This document shows, piece after piece, positions 44,715 to 58,012 of a stretch of DNA of 64,000 nucleotides. The stretch is from Ranitomeya imitator. Lineage: Eukaryota. How positions within the stretch are numbered: position 1 is the first letter of the stretch; each line of letters begins with the position of its first letter. The position numbers and the translations under genes are program-made. The stretch lies in NCBI RefSeq assembly GCF_032444005.1, contig NC_091288.1:59954001-60018000 (forward strand), read 5' to 3'. The notes beneath the pieces are model-generated. The model made no database searches. It worked only from the letters and a program-made list of their open reading frames with translations, and was not told the DNA's origin.

Positions 44715-46440
44715 ATGAGACGGACTCTACAACCCACACAAGTGGCTCAGGTAGTGCAGCTCATCCAGGATGGCACATCAATGCGAGCTGTGGCAAGAAG
44801 GTTTGCTGTGTCTGTCAGCGTAGTGTCCAGAGGCTTGAGGCGGTGCCAGGAGACAGGCCAGTACACCAGGAGACGTGGAGGGGGCCGTGTTATGATCCGG
44901 TGACCTTGCAGCCGCATGAAACTTTCTCTGGAGTAGGTGGTAACTGTACTGGCCGCAAATCCTGAACTAACACCGCAACTAGAAGTAGCCGTGGGGTGTG
45001 CCTAACAAACCCTAGACACCTCGACACAGCCGGAGGACTAAATACCCCTATAGATGGAAATAGGAATTCTACCTTGCCTCAGAGCAGAACCCCAAAGGAT
45101 AGGCAGCCCCCCACGAATATTGACTGTGAGTAGGAGAGGAAAGACACATGCTGGCAGAAAAGAGGATTTAGCAAAAGAGGCCACTCTAGCTAAATAGGAA
45201 AGGATAGGACAGAATACTAAGCGGTCAGTATTAAAACCCTTCCAAAAATATCCACAGCAGATAATACAAAAATTCCACCATCTAACTAAAGACGTGGAAC
45301 GTATATCTGCAACTCCTGAGAATCCAACTAGACTGAGTAAATACTGACACAATCTAAGCTGGACAAGAAAAAACAAATGAATAGCACTGAATTATCTAGC
45401 ACACAGCATGAGTGCCACAGAAACAAAACCAGACACTTATCTTTGCTGATTTGGCAGCAAGGCACACCTAAATACCCAAGTCAGAACTGCAATCAGCAGA
45501 TACACCTGACCAGGACTGCAACCCAGGGACAACTGCATTACCACCTACGACCACCGGAGGGAGCCCAAAAGCAGAATTCACAACAGGGCTGTAGGAGGGC
45601 AACAACCCTGCATCCGGACCGTTACCTCAGCCTTTGTGCAAGGAGGAACAGGAGGAGCACTGCCAGAGCCATGCAGAATGACCTACAGCAGGCCACAAAT
45701 GTGCATGGGTCTGCACAAACGGTTAAAAATTGACTCCATGAGGATGGTCTGAGTGCCCGACGTTCACAGGTGGGGGTTGTGGTCACAGCCCAACACCGTG
45801 CAGGATGCTTGGCATTTGCCACAGAACACCAGGATTGGCAAATTCACCACTGGCGCCCTGTGCTCTTCACAGATGAAAGCAGGTTCACACTGAGCACATG
45901 TGACAGACATGAGAGAGTCTGGAGACGCCGTGGAGAGCGATTTGCTGCCTGCAACATCCTTCAGCATGACTGGTTTGGCAGTGGATCAGTAATGGTGCGG
46001 GGTGGTATTTCTTTGGAGGGCCCCACAGCCCTCCATGTGCTCGCCAGAATTAGCCTGACAGCCATTAGGTACCGAGATGAGATTCTCAGAGCCCTTGTGA
46101 GACCATATGCTGGTGCGGTTGGCCCTGGGTTCATCCTGATGCAGGACAATGCCAGACCTCATGTGGCTGGAGTGTGTCAGCAGTTCCTGCAAGATGGAGG
46201 CATTTAAGCTATAGACTGGCCGCCCGTTTTCCAGACCTGAATCCGATTGAACACATCTGGGACATCATGTCTCGCATCATCCACCAATGTCACGTTGCAC
46301 CACAGACTGTCCAGTTGGCGGATGCTTTAGTCCAGGTCTGGGAGGAGGTCCCTCAGGAGTCCATCCGCCGCCTCATCAGGAGCATGTGCAGGCGGTGTAG
46401 GGAAATCATACAGGCACGTGGAGGCCACACACACTACTGA
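44715..46440 (+). pseudogene. Tc1 DD34E transposase pseudogene
   Basis: [16 protein letters not shown]..., FTDESRF, MQDNARPH, PDLNPIEH, RGGHTHY*. In-frame stops near 45731 and 46205 and an LTR insertion. Confidence 0.9.
44888..45585. mobile_element. Solo LTR (698 bp)
   Basis: TGTTA ... CAACA termini, flanked by GGGCCG / GGGCTG. The transposase frame resumes exactly after it. Confidence 0.85.
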
Positions 46441-47029
46441 GCATCATTTCCTTGTCTTGAGGCATTTCCACTGAAGTTGGATCAGCTTGTAACTTCATTT
46501 TCCACTTTGATTTTGAGCATCATTCCAACTCCAGACCTCCGTGGGATATTAGTTGTGATTTACGTTGATCATTTTTAGTTTTTTTTTGTTCTCAACACAT
46601 TCCACTACGTAATGAATAAAGATTTACAACTGGAATATTTGTCAGTGATATCTAGGATGTGGGATTTTAGTGTCCCCTTTATTTTTTTGAGCAGTGTATA
46701 TCGTGGGGTCCTTTTAGTTTCCTTTCGAGGGCCGCCATTTTCCCGGAGAAAATAGTGCAGCTGCGTTTTTTTGAAAAAAATGTGTTTATTCTTTTTTGTT
46801 TTAAGGTAAAACAGAACGTCTGTCCGGGCTGAGATGTCATACTCCATCCCCTCTCCCCATTACACTTTTATAGCATGTGCAATTAATATGTCTTAAAAGA
46901 CAATTATTAAAAATCCCTTGAATCCAGCTTTCATTATGTGAGTGGAGATCCAGTCCATACATACAGGGTTGTCCTATAGTGTGAAGATCCCACGGTACAG
47001 AATGGATATTAGTGGTGGCAGCCTGGACA

Positions 47030-47209
47030 TGAGTGTCTGCTCCAGTGTCAGTGCTGCAGGAGACCCTCCGAGTGTGGGGGAGGAGACAGGAAGGAGAGGC
47101 TGAGAGGAGGAGGAGGAGGAGAAACCAAGGGAAGAGACTCACGGAGGAAGAGAGGAAAACACAGCAGGATCAGGACACCGTCTTGCAGGGAATAGAAAGA
47201 CGCCGCCGG
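47030..47209 (+). promoter_or_regulatory. CpG/GA-rich region, candidate non-coding first exon of AGAP1
   Basis: CpG-rich from about 47030 to 47340 with a (GGA)n tract. Candidate donor CCGG|GTAAAC at 47210. A matching acceptor CCCCAG lies at 48286, 35 nt before the AGAP1 ATG. Confidence 0.5.
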
Positions 47210-47399
47210 GTAAACGGTACTGGGTGCTCCGCCACTTACCGGAGACAGTCCGCACCCGGAGTCACGGACAGGCTGTGCTCACAGCACGGAAAGCTGAAAG
47301 ATCGAGACCGCTTCCTCCTACCGGCTGCAGCCCGTGCTTTCCTTAGTGCACCCTGCCTTCCATCCGAGCACATCCAACGTTCCAGCGGATCACCCTCAT

Positions 47400-47592
47400 A
47401 CAACCAACGTTCTATTAGATCACTTCCATCACCTAGGGATCTACTCGATCACCCCTATACATTCATCGTTCCATCCGATCATCTTCTCTACAGCCAACGT
47501 TCCATCGGATCACCCCCATACCCCCAACGTTCTACTGGATCACCCCCATACCCCCAACGTTCTACTGGATCACCACCATACACCCAACGTCC
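47400..47592. repeat. About 30-bp degenerate tandem repeat
   Basis: CAACGTTC(C/T)A(T/C)(C/T)GGATCACCCCCATACCCC recurring 4-6 times. Confidence 0.75.
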
Positions 47593-48321
47593 CCTAAGCC
47601 TCTTACAGCCCTGATCTGCTCTGAACACCCCAGCTTCCCCGATTCCATCAGTGACTCTTGTTCTTCCTCCTACCACCCCTCTTTGGTGGTCTCCATCAGA
47701 TGACCCCTCTCCTTGCCCTCCCTGTTGCCATTCATCTGGTTGCCTCCCCAATACATATTCATCTCTTTTCCCAACACTCACTGTGCCATCCATAAGATAG
47801 GTCCTACTCTCATTCATATTCTCTTTTGTGCCCCCCTCCCTGTATACTGTCATCTTGCAGTACCAGTTGAGCTATCCTGGACCACATCTTCACCACTGGC
47901 CTCCATCAGGTAATTGTCATCCATGTGCATCACTTTAGCAGAGCTGCCTTGGATTAGATCTTCCAGATCTGTCTGTATTGTACTGTCACAGATGATTAGA
48001 CGTCTGTCATATTGCAGCCATGCCCCTCATATGACCTTACTGTATATGTAGCATGTGTCCTGTATACCTCAGCTGTCACAACCATTCACAGGACTAATGA
48101 GAACACATTCAAGATCTTCACAGCTCCAATTTCCATGTCCTGTTTTATAGGATATTAGGCATTATCCTGGCTGTCTGCTTTTATAATTGTATTTACTGGT
48201 CCTCTCTAACCCCTCTCCGCTCCCGATCATTGCCCTCTGGCACTCTGCTTGATCTCTACCCTACATATATTACATTGCACCCCCAGGCTGGATATGTGAG
48301 GCCTTCCTCAGCCTTGGAAAG

Positions 48322-48484
48322 ATGAACTACCAGCAGCAGCTGGCCAACTCGGCCGCCATTCGGGCTGAAATCCAGCGATTTGAATCTGTGCACCCCAATA
48401 TCTACTCAATATATGAACTCTTGGAGCGACTCGATGAACCTGCGCTGCAGAACCAAATCCGGGAGCATGTTATAGCCATAGAAG
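48322..48484 (+). CDS. AGAP1: AGAP1 (ArfGAP with GTPase, ankyrin and PH domains 1) first coding exon; gene continues beyond the window
   Basis: MNYQQQLANSAAIRAEIQRFESVHPNIYSIYELLERLDEPALQNQIREHVIAIE, near-identical to the AGAP1 N-terminus as I recall it. Donor GAAG|GTAAGC, 163 nt. I found no exon 2 (DAFVNSQEW...) before 64000. Confidence 0.93.
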
Positions 48485-51400
48485 GTAAGCGGTGTGTGAC
48501 ACCTTCCGATAATATGATGTGAAGTAAGAACTCTACATCTTATTTTTTCCTATACACATTAATGGTAATGACTTTGTGCTCCCAGTATTAACCCAATCAA
48601 TGCCGTCACTGTGCAATATTATGCTCCATATGATTCTTCTCCCCTTGTCAGATTACCCATTCTCTCTGGATAAATCTGTGTTTATATGAAGTGGCACTCA
48701 GTGTATATTGCTACATTTATAGAGTATAAATGTTGTGTTTTTCTGCTGTATATTATTATTATAAATATTTTATTTGCAGGATATTGTATAGTTTTGGGCT
48801 GGTGTGTGTACACATGGGGGCTGGGATATGCTTGTGTCCCCTGGGCTTTCTAGACTGCTCCATTTGCTCATTGTTAAAAGAACAATTCCATAAAAAGTAT
48901 GAAGTGAGCACAATGCTTTGTACGCATCCGTGGGAGCGGAGGAATGCAGATTGCTGTAAATATTTGCTATGAACGCCCATTATTCTGTGCATGGTCTTGA
49001 ATATGTTAGAACTAACTCTCTGATTTATTCTGTCTTGCGTTCAACATGTGTCTTGCTTCACATATGCTGCGGCATATTTTTTTTTTTTTTATATGGCACA
49101 TCATTTACATAAGAGATGTAAATGATCTAATATCTGCTTTCCGGGGTTAAAGTGGACCCCATGCATATGCTCCTGCCCGGTCGGACATATATTCTTTAGG
49201 CGTCATGCAGTAGCTAAGGCAACTATCCAGTTCGGAGTGCAGTTGTGAATCTCTCTACCCAATGTTATCTCATGGGAGATCATGTCTGACAGTGTACCTG
49301 GGGAGACCTTAAACATTTAGGAAGTGCTCACATCATGGTTTACCTCTGGGAGACGCTGCCAGTATACACTCTAAACAAATCAGTAGGGATCCTTTTACCC
49401 TATGGAGGCCAAGAGAGTGTCCATTTGTGACTCTGGGGTACCCAACATGAATAGAATAATGTGATAATCTATAGTACTAGTATATAAAAGGTATACGCTA
49501 TGAGCACTGTATACTCATACGACTCTGTATTGGTGTATAGTGTATGGCGCAGCCTCTCATGAGTGGCATACACTGTGATTTTTTTTGTTTTCCCGGTGCA
49601 TATATCCGTGGCCTGTAGTGTGTTGCGCATAAGGCCTCTGCTGACTATTAGGCGCATTCACACGTCCGTTTGTCACGGACTGTGATTCACTGACCGGCTG
49701 TGGACCTCCTGCCCTGAATTCAGCAGCCTTGTAGACACTTAGACGTTGTATCGTTCAGGCCGGGAGACCCACAGCCGCTGCATGCGCTGCAGTCCGTACT
49801 CGGACATGACACTCGGATGTGTGAATCCGGCCTAAACCAAGCTTGGATGTCCGTGAGACGCAGTCCGAGCAAGGACCAACATCTCCAGATGGTGGAATGT
49901 TGAGATTGGGTGAGGAGACCAATGGCCGATCCAGTCATTGTGTTTTCTGAATGTTTGAATCCAGTCTTAGGTGTAAGTTGCACCAGTTACTTTCTTTTTT
50001 TAGACTTTTTTTTCTCTCTGTATGTTTTTTTAATGGTTTCTTGTATTATCACAATATTTTTTCTTTATCAGAAAGAAAAAAAAATTGTATAAATATTACG
50101 GTATATGCGTAAGGAATTCCAAACCATAGCATTTAAAAGCAGTTGTGAAAACAACATTTTCTCTGCCTTTCATTTTTTTTCATGCTGCATTTATATAGTC
50201 TATGGCATTCAGTGGAGCATGGCGTCGGTTTTCGTATGTCAACGCAACATCAGATCGGACAGGCTGAGCATGACGGCTGCATAGAAATACATGAAGCGGT
50301 CACGCTCGGGTTGGGAGAGCCGCCGGCCAGTCTGTGCATCACAGTTCGATCTCAGTCCGATTTATACAGCCGCCTGACTGCGCCCTAATCGATCGTCCTG
50401 CGATCATAGAATATCATTGTTCTCGGCAGCAGATGTTCGGTTTACATCATACAATGTGCTGCTGTGAAGGATGCTTTATAAGCACTCTTAAAGAATTTCA
50501 CCTGTGACCTAGTGACGTGGAGAGGTGGGCAGGTGTCCAAACTCTGTGGCTAGGAGCAAAAGGTGTCAAGATCCTGGCCAGAGTGTTTTCCGTGTTTGGG
50601 CAGCCATCTACAATAACTGGCAGCATTAAAAAGAGCCGATTACTCACTTATTGATGCTTTGAACTAACCCTCTCATCCATGTAGGAGTGCTCATTCCCAA
50701 TGACTGACCTGTGTACACATGATGATGATCACCACAAAAGAGCAAAATGAGAATTTGTCAGGAGATTGGATTGTTAATGCCGGCAAAAACGAAAAAAGAA
50801 AATATCGGCAGCACATCATACTGTGCGAACAGGGAATGTGCTGCCGACAATGATATACTGTGGGGACAGAATGTTCTTAGTAGCGAGTGTTCTGTCCCCA
50901 ACATTGTCAGCACGGGTAAATAGGTGAGTAGGCGCGCTCCAAAGGACTTGTATGCGGTCGCTTGGGGCTTGTTATGGTTCATTGATGGCCTGAAATCAGC
51001 ACATCGAAATACACTGTAAAGTCTATGGCTACCTTTGACTGCTTCATGTATTTCTATGCAGCTGTCAGGCTCGGGCCGGTAGAGCTGCCGGCCAGTCCGT
51101 ACACTTTGGTACGATCCCTGTTCGATTTAGACAACCGCCTGACTGCATCCTTAGAATGTATAGGTTTCTCTTAATTATTACTATGTCTGTGTTTATTGGC
51201 TATTGCTAAGGAAAATTATTTTACATGCAAGATTACACATGAATGAAATTACATCTGTGGCACAAAATGCACAAGATAGGGCATCCTGCCCAATCACATG
51301 ACCTTATTGCGGCCACAATTCTTGGTCCGGCTGCAAGTGAATCTGTCTCCTAAAATTTCTTTGCTGCAAGAATCTAAGATAAATCGCAGTATACAAAGTA

Positions 51401-53860
51401 AAAAAAACCTAATAATATACTATACTTGCTGTCCCTGTTTCCTTGTCTGGGATCCTACCTGTTTGGCATAGCTGGAGGCCGGATTTAAGCCATTTTGTCC
51501 ATTGATATTTATTTTTACAGTGTACAAGTTTCCCCATTAATAATTCTCTTATGTGGTAGTAAAGGAGGATTTCTCTTTGTCACCATCCCTCCTTCTCTAC
51601 ATTCATCTTCTCCATAGTGCTGATCAGGCAGATTATAGAATTGTCTACTTGTAAATTCCTTGAAGATTAGCTCCTATCCTATCCAGGTATTCATAAGTCT
51701 GGTATAAGGTCTCGTTCAGACTAAGTATTAAACGTCTGTGTGTTGTCTGTTTGTACACCCGTTCAGAGACAGCACACGGACCGGTGCACGCCGTCTGTGT
51801 TAGTCCACATGAACATTTTTACATGGGGACCGATGTCCAGTCTGTAAAAGATCGCAGCATGTGCTACTTTGATTACACAGTCCCATCATAAGCCAATGGT
51901 TGCGTAAAAAAAGCATCACATTCAGGTTACCATTCGTATTGCAATTATTATTTTTCACAAAACTGTGTTGTTTTTTTAAACCCATTATTACATTTTTAAT
52001 TTTTGATGTATAAAGCGGACACCATACAGAAATATAAAACTGACATCTGGATGACATTCTGATGGGGAAGAAGACTATAAAAGAAAATTTCTAGATGCAA
52101 AACTGACATTTTTATACTCTCTGAACCCTGCGTAAAGAGGCTGTCCACTACTTTAGCATTGATGAAATATCCGTAGGATAGTCATCAATGTCTGATCAGT
52201 CAGGACACCCGGCAACCCCCGCTGATCAGTTGTCACCTGGGCTGCTGGCCAGAAATACTCTCATGCGAAGCTGGCCATCTTCTGGTAGAGGCCGCTGCTG
52301 GGTACTGCACATCTGCTTCCTATTCAAGTCAATATAAGGTGGATGTGTAGGCCCCTGTGGCGGCCACTACTAGAAGTGCGTCCACAAGTGAGTATTTCTG
52401 GCCAGCAGAACAGGTAACAGTTGATCGCTTGGGCTGCCGGGTTTTGGACCCTGACCGATCAGACATTGATGACCCCAGTGAAATACAAACCGTGTATAGT
52501 CACCTCCCGTAGTGGCGCCTCTCCGGTGATGTCGGTGCCGCTGTTCCCGGAGAGTGACGTGATGTTGTCAGGTGCAGGCCCGCAGGGTGGACGTCTGCTC
52601 TGCTGAAATGAGGAATGCTGCAGCCGATGAGCGGCTACACTGGGTTTATTTGGGGTCCTCAGTTGATTAAGTTGAGGTTGTCCGGTAGTAGACCATGCCT
52701 TTAACCACATTGCTGGGTTAGTTCCATGCCAGACACCGGACGTGTGCTCTGTGTTACCTTGTGCCTCATGTGACACCTAATTGGGGATCACGACTGAATC
52801 CTCCGCTGCCGTCATGGTTTCCATCCAGACATCAGAGGAAGAACACCTGGTATCTGTATCTGCGCAGTAAATCTCGGCCTCGCTGGTGGTGAGCAAACAT
52901 TCATTCAAAGGTGAAGCAAGTCACCGGCAAGGCCCAAAATGTGATTTCTGAACTTTTTGACTTATCCAATAAAATTATATTTTTCCGTCTCTGATCAGAT
53001 CTGACATTCAGTATTTGGATCTACCTTCTGTAGTGGATAATGGACGGCCGCGTGCTATCGGATTACTGACGTGTACGGAATCCTCTATGACGCTGCTCGT
53101 CTGCAGCCTTGTTCTTACACATTACTTGGATATTATTGTTTTTTGGCTTTTTAGACTGTCAGCGGAATGTAGAAAATGAGATTAGGAGGCATTTTTCTCG
53201 TCTTGAGTCAGCAGTATTCTGTTGGTCTGCATGTCCGAGTCCAGAAGTCGTACAAGTGTATCAAGCGGTGGCCATCACCTTAGGTTTCCTAGTCCGGGTG
53301 AATATTCCTGTACAGAACTATTATTGACTGACTGTCACCTGCAGTCGTGTGCGCCCATCTCCCTCCATAGCAGCAACTGCTTGACAAAAAGGGGGTTTCT
53401 CCCCAAAGAATAGCAAGTCACATTGTAGAGCAGCACCTCCTTAAAGGCACGATCACACATAGGGTCCAATTCATCAAAGCTTTTACATTAGTATTTCAAT
53501 GTAAAGAAATCTTTTTAAATTCACATAATTTTGGCGCAGTCGTGCTAACACTATGACTCTTGGCATTCTCACGCCATTTTCGCCCAGCTCCAACAACGTG
53601 GGCAGAACCGAGGCGAGGTTCGTGGTACCGCCGCTTGTGAAATGAATGACGAGAGGACACTACACCACGAATCTTACTCCAGCAGGGACTGGAGTAATAT
53701 TGATATTGAGCTGCACGCCACTCATCCAACTTCTGATTCATTAAGAGGCCTTGAGTCTTTTTTGCTTGGTTTTTGGAGCCAAAACTGAGTGGAAACTCTC
53801 TAAAATCCAATTTCTGCTCCTAGAGCTCAGCAATAAAAGACTCAATATGAACAGTCTTTA

Positions 53861-54259
53861 GGGTATGTGCACACGTTGCGGATTCTCTGCGGATCCGCAG
53901 CGTTTTTTGCAGTGCAGAAACGCTGCTGATCCGCAATTGATTTACAGTACAATGTAAATCAATGAGAAAAAAAAAATGCTGTGCACACTTTGCCGAAAAT
54001 CCGCTGCGGAAACGCTGCGGTTTAAAAGAAGTAGCATGTTACCGTACTTCTTTTTTGTGAATCTGCAGCGTTTTTGTACCCATTCCATTATAGAAAACTG
54101 CAGGGGTAAAAACCGCAGCAAATCCGCAAGGAAACCACAGCAAAAACGCTGCAGAAACGCACAAAAAACGCGACAAATCCATAGGTGCGTTTTCTGCCAG
54201 GAGAGGCAGAATCCGCACAAGAAATTCCTAAGGCTAATCCGCAACGTGTGCACATGGCC
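53861..54259. mobile_element. Harbinger-like MITE (uninterrupted relative of 14862-15546)
   Basis: GGGTATGTGCACACGTTGCGG ... CCGCAACGTGTGCACATGGCC. Confidence 0.85.
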
Positions 54260-54544
54260 TAAATTAGGACTCGTTCACACAACCATATTTTCCGTCCAAG
54301 TGCTGTCTGTGAAAAAAAACAAAGCAAAATGCACTCGGATCAATGTTATCCAATAGGGTAGTGCAAATGAGCAATTTATTTTGTTTTTTTTTTACGTGAA
54401 CAAATCTGAATCTGCTAAAAAAAAAAAAAAAAAAAAATCAGTATCTGATGAGACTCACTCATTCAAGTCTTTGGGTGCATGAAAAACAGAATAGCCTTTG
54501 TTTTTTACTGACAAATTAGAGTTTTCTAACATGGGAAACTGTGG

Positions 54545-54910
54545 GGCTATGTGCACAAGTAGAATGGTCCTCTGCGGATTTTTCCGCAGCGGATTTGATA
54601 AATCCGCAGGGCAAAAACACCGATTTTTTTTTTTTTTTTTTTTTTTTTTCCTGCGAATTTATAGCGGTTTTTCTGCGGATTCCACTGCGGTTTTACACCT
54701 GCGGTTTTCTATTCTGGAGCAGGTGTAAAACCGCTGCGGAATCCGCAGAAAGAATTGACATGCTGCGGAATGTAAACCGCTTCGCTTCCGCGCATTTGTT
54801 CCGCAGCATGTGCACAGCGTTTTCAGTTTCCCATAGGTTTACATTGTACTGTAAACTCATGGGAAACTGCTGCGGACCCACAGCAAAATCCGCATCATGT
54901 GCACAGAGCC
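54545..54910. mobile_element. Harbinger-like MITE
   Basis: GGCTATGTGCACA ... TGTGCACAGAGCC, with a CCGCAG/CTGCGG-rich interior. Confidence 0.7.
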
Positions 54911-57292
54911 TGAATGGTCTTAGAAATGATTAACAGCTGCTGCTGTAAAAAAAAAAAAAAAAAAAATTCTGAATTTAAAAAAAACAAAACAAAACACTTG
55001 TGTGAACTGGCCCTTAGTAGCAGTGACACCCAAGAAATCTGCAGTCGCGTTTTTCACAGCTGCTGGTAAAGTACAGCTGGAACAGACAGCAAAAGTTTGT
55101 GGAGTGACAACCCCTCTGAGATTGATGGTCTCTGCAGAGGTAATTGTGGCCGAATTCTTGAGGGCTCGTTCAGTGGAGGGTATTATACGTGCATCGAGTG
55201 CTTTCAGATGAGTCCATGTGAAAAAAAATTATCCGACACTATTATTTTCTATATTTCGGATGACACTCGCCTATTCAAGTCTATTAGAGCACAAAAAAAA
55301 AAACACATCCCCTACTTATCATCAGTATAGTATTCGTTTTTCTTCATACATTGTCAATAGTAATATAGGATTTGTATTTGGCCTTGTAACTTTTTTTTTA
55401 TACTGTTGATATATATATAAAAATGGATGACGGAAGTAAAAAATGTACATCCGGATGGAGTAGAGATGAAAATCTGTACATAGTTCTGTATGATAAATGG
55501 ACGTATTGGTCTAAGCCCTCCTTCACACATACGTGTTGTATCCATTTTTTTTTTCATGGACGGAATACGTACCAGTTATAATCTATGGTGCAATTCACAT
55601 CCGTTTTTTTCCGGCATCACAGATGAAAAGTAACGATAAAAGTCTATGGGTGCGTGAAAATCAGGTAGACGGATGGTGTCAGTGTACAGTCCATGTGCAG
55701 TCTGGGATTAACATTGCAAAAGATAGGAAAAGCTTTGTCATTTATCTCTTTATCCATCTGTGAAAAACACCGATGATAAAAGTGGACACAAACCCCGATG
55801 TCACACTGATCCAAAACACTGACACCCGTCCCATTTTCTCAAGTACGTATTTAAACACAGTGTGTGAATGAGGCCATAAACTGTTTTATCAACTGCATTT
55901 TTTTTTCACACCATGATATGTAATATGTGATCAAATTGTGCATTACTCACTCTCCCCAGGTCCAGTGCTGAGTCTCCCCTGTGTCTGTTATTGTCTGCAG
56001 TGCTGATGTCAACACCAGTGAAGTCAGCGGCTCCTGCGATCAACCCGGACACAACTGTTACGCTGACTGACTGCAGAGCTATTGACCCGCCATCAGCGCT
56101 ATAACCAATGACTGACAAGGGAGGCAGTGGTGGAGACTCAGAGACGGACCCAAGGAGGGTGAATAAAGCACGTTTTTTTTTAAACTGCACCTGTGGACAG
56201 GGGTTCTCTGAAAGTGGAAAAACCTCCTTTAAGAGCTGCTTTACCTTATCCTCATACGCTTAAATGGATCTAAAAGTTTACATTTTTTTTCAAATATAAA
56301 TGTTTAAATATGATCAGAATTGTGCCTGGTTAGGCTGCGCACACATTGCGAATTTGTTGTGTTTCTTTTTCTTTATGCAGAGTTTTTTGTTTTTTTTCAT
56401 AAAAACCTGACTGGTTTCCTGATGCCCGCAAAGTAAATGAGAATCCTGATGTCTCATGCACGCGTTGCAGATATAAATTTGCAGCCTGTCAAGTTTTTCA
56501 GCGTTTTTGCTGCAGATTTCACCCATACTAATGAGTGGGGAAAAATCTGCGCAAAAAAAGCGTCAAAACGCACTTATTTTCCTATGTGTTTTTCCTGCCA
56601 ATAGATGCAGAAATGGTGCCGGTGTGCACATACCCTTATAGGAAGCACGTAAAGCACAATGACAGACCCCAGTATGGATACACATGTACCTATATGGGTA
56701 AAATCCTCCAGAAACACCAAGAAACTTCTCACAGCAGCCGCAGGATTACGCTGAATATCGAGGAAACTTCTCCAAGGTCATTACCCGCACATTATTTACA
56801 GCCAAATGCAAAAGCAGGTGGGGCGAGTGTGAACGCTTTTCTGATTCTGTATAACCATGTAGCCTGCAGTACAATGCTCTCCTACACAATGCCGGCTGCA
56901 GAGCGTTGCACAGGAAGTATGTGCGCTCCATAACAAATAAACCCGCTCATCAGCACTCCTAGATCCTACAAGGCCATTATACGAGTGCAATGGCTGCAAG
57001 GGCCACGATACTCTATTGCTTTATGTATATAAGAATATGTGTAGCATGTGATTCTCACCATGCAGTTGCTTTAACGAAGTCAGATTTCACAATACTATCT
57101 CCATACATTATTAAATAGATATTTTAGACCTAATGAGGCTGGTGTACTTACTTTGAAAATCCATTTTGTTTTGGTTTTCCAGACATCTTTTAAAATTAAC
57201 ATTTTATGAGTGCAAGCCTCATCAGGACTAGGAGATCTTATTCAATAATGTATGCTGTTTGTAGTGCGAAATCTGATCACAGATCTGCTTTA

Positions 57293-58008
57293 GGCCGGTT
57301 TCACACGTCAGTGGCTCCGGTACGTGAGGCGACAGTTTCCTCACGTACCGGAGACACTGACTCACGTAGACACATTAAAATCAATGTGTCTCTGCACATG
57401 TCAGCGTGTTTTCACGGACCGTGTGTCCGTGTGCAAAACACGGAGACATGTCAGTGTTCGTGGGAGCGCACGGATCACACGGACCCATTAAATGGGTCAG
57501 CGTCGCAGCTCTTCCTGTATGAGTGGTCACGTGGTGCCGCACATTACAGTGATGAATATGCGGCTCCACCTCCCATAGGGGTGGAGTCGCATATTCATCA
57601 CTGTAATAAGCGGCACCACGTGACCGCTCATACAGGAAGAGCTGTAACGCTGAGAGGAAGCATCGAGTGAGCCGGGTAAGTATTTTAATGCCAGCGGGCG
57701 GGCGCACAGGGGGTGGTAGGGGGGAGATTAACGAGAACTTTATTTTAAACACACAAAAAAAAAACCCAATGATTTTTCATTCCTTCTCTCCAGCGAACGC
57801 TGCTGGGAAGAAGGAATGAATTCTGGAATCAGCATCCAAAGCAGGGGACAGCGCTTAACTCTAGCGCTGTCTCCTGCATGGTGCGTGTGGTACCCAGTCG
57901 GCACACGGCTGCCGCACGTGTGCCACACTGATGTGCCACGTGAGCACACGGATAACTCCGGTACCGATTTTTCCGGTACCGGAATTATCTGGACGTGTGG
58001 GACAGGCC
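57293..58008. mobile_element. Harbinger-like MITE (716 bp) with central hairpin module
   Basis: TTA|GGCCGGTTTCACACGTC ... GACGTGTGGGACAGGCC|TTA. Confidence 0.8.
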
Positions 58009-58012
58009 TTAA

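Larger units (their letters stand above)
44419..46696 (+). mobile_element. Tc1-family transposon (about 1.58 kb net) with a solo LTR inserted
   Basis: TA|CACTGCTCAAAAAATAAAGGGAACACT ... AGTGTCCCCTTTATTTTTTTGAGCAGTG|TA. Confidence 0.93.

Noticed and set aside
31730-46440. Active Tc1 transposases
   Set aside because: All three copies have stops, frameshifts or insertions.
47033-47614. 193-aa ORF upstream of AGAP1 as an N-terminal extension or new gene
   Set aside because: Low-complexity GA-rich and tandem-repeat sequence in a CpG island; no homology recognised and not joined in frame to the AGAP1 ATG by any evidence.
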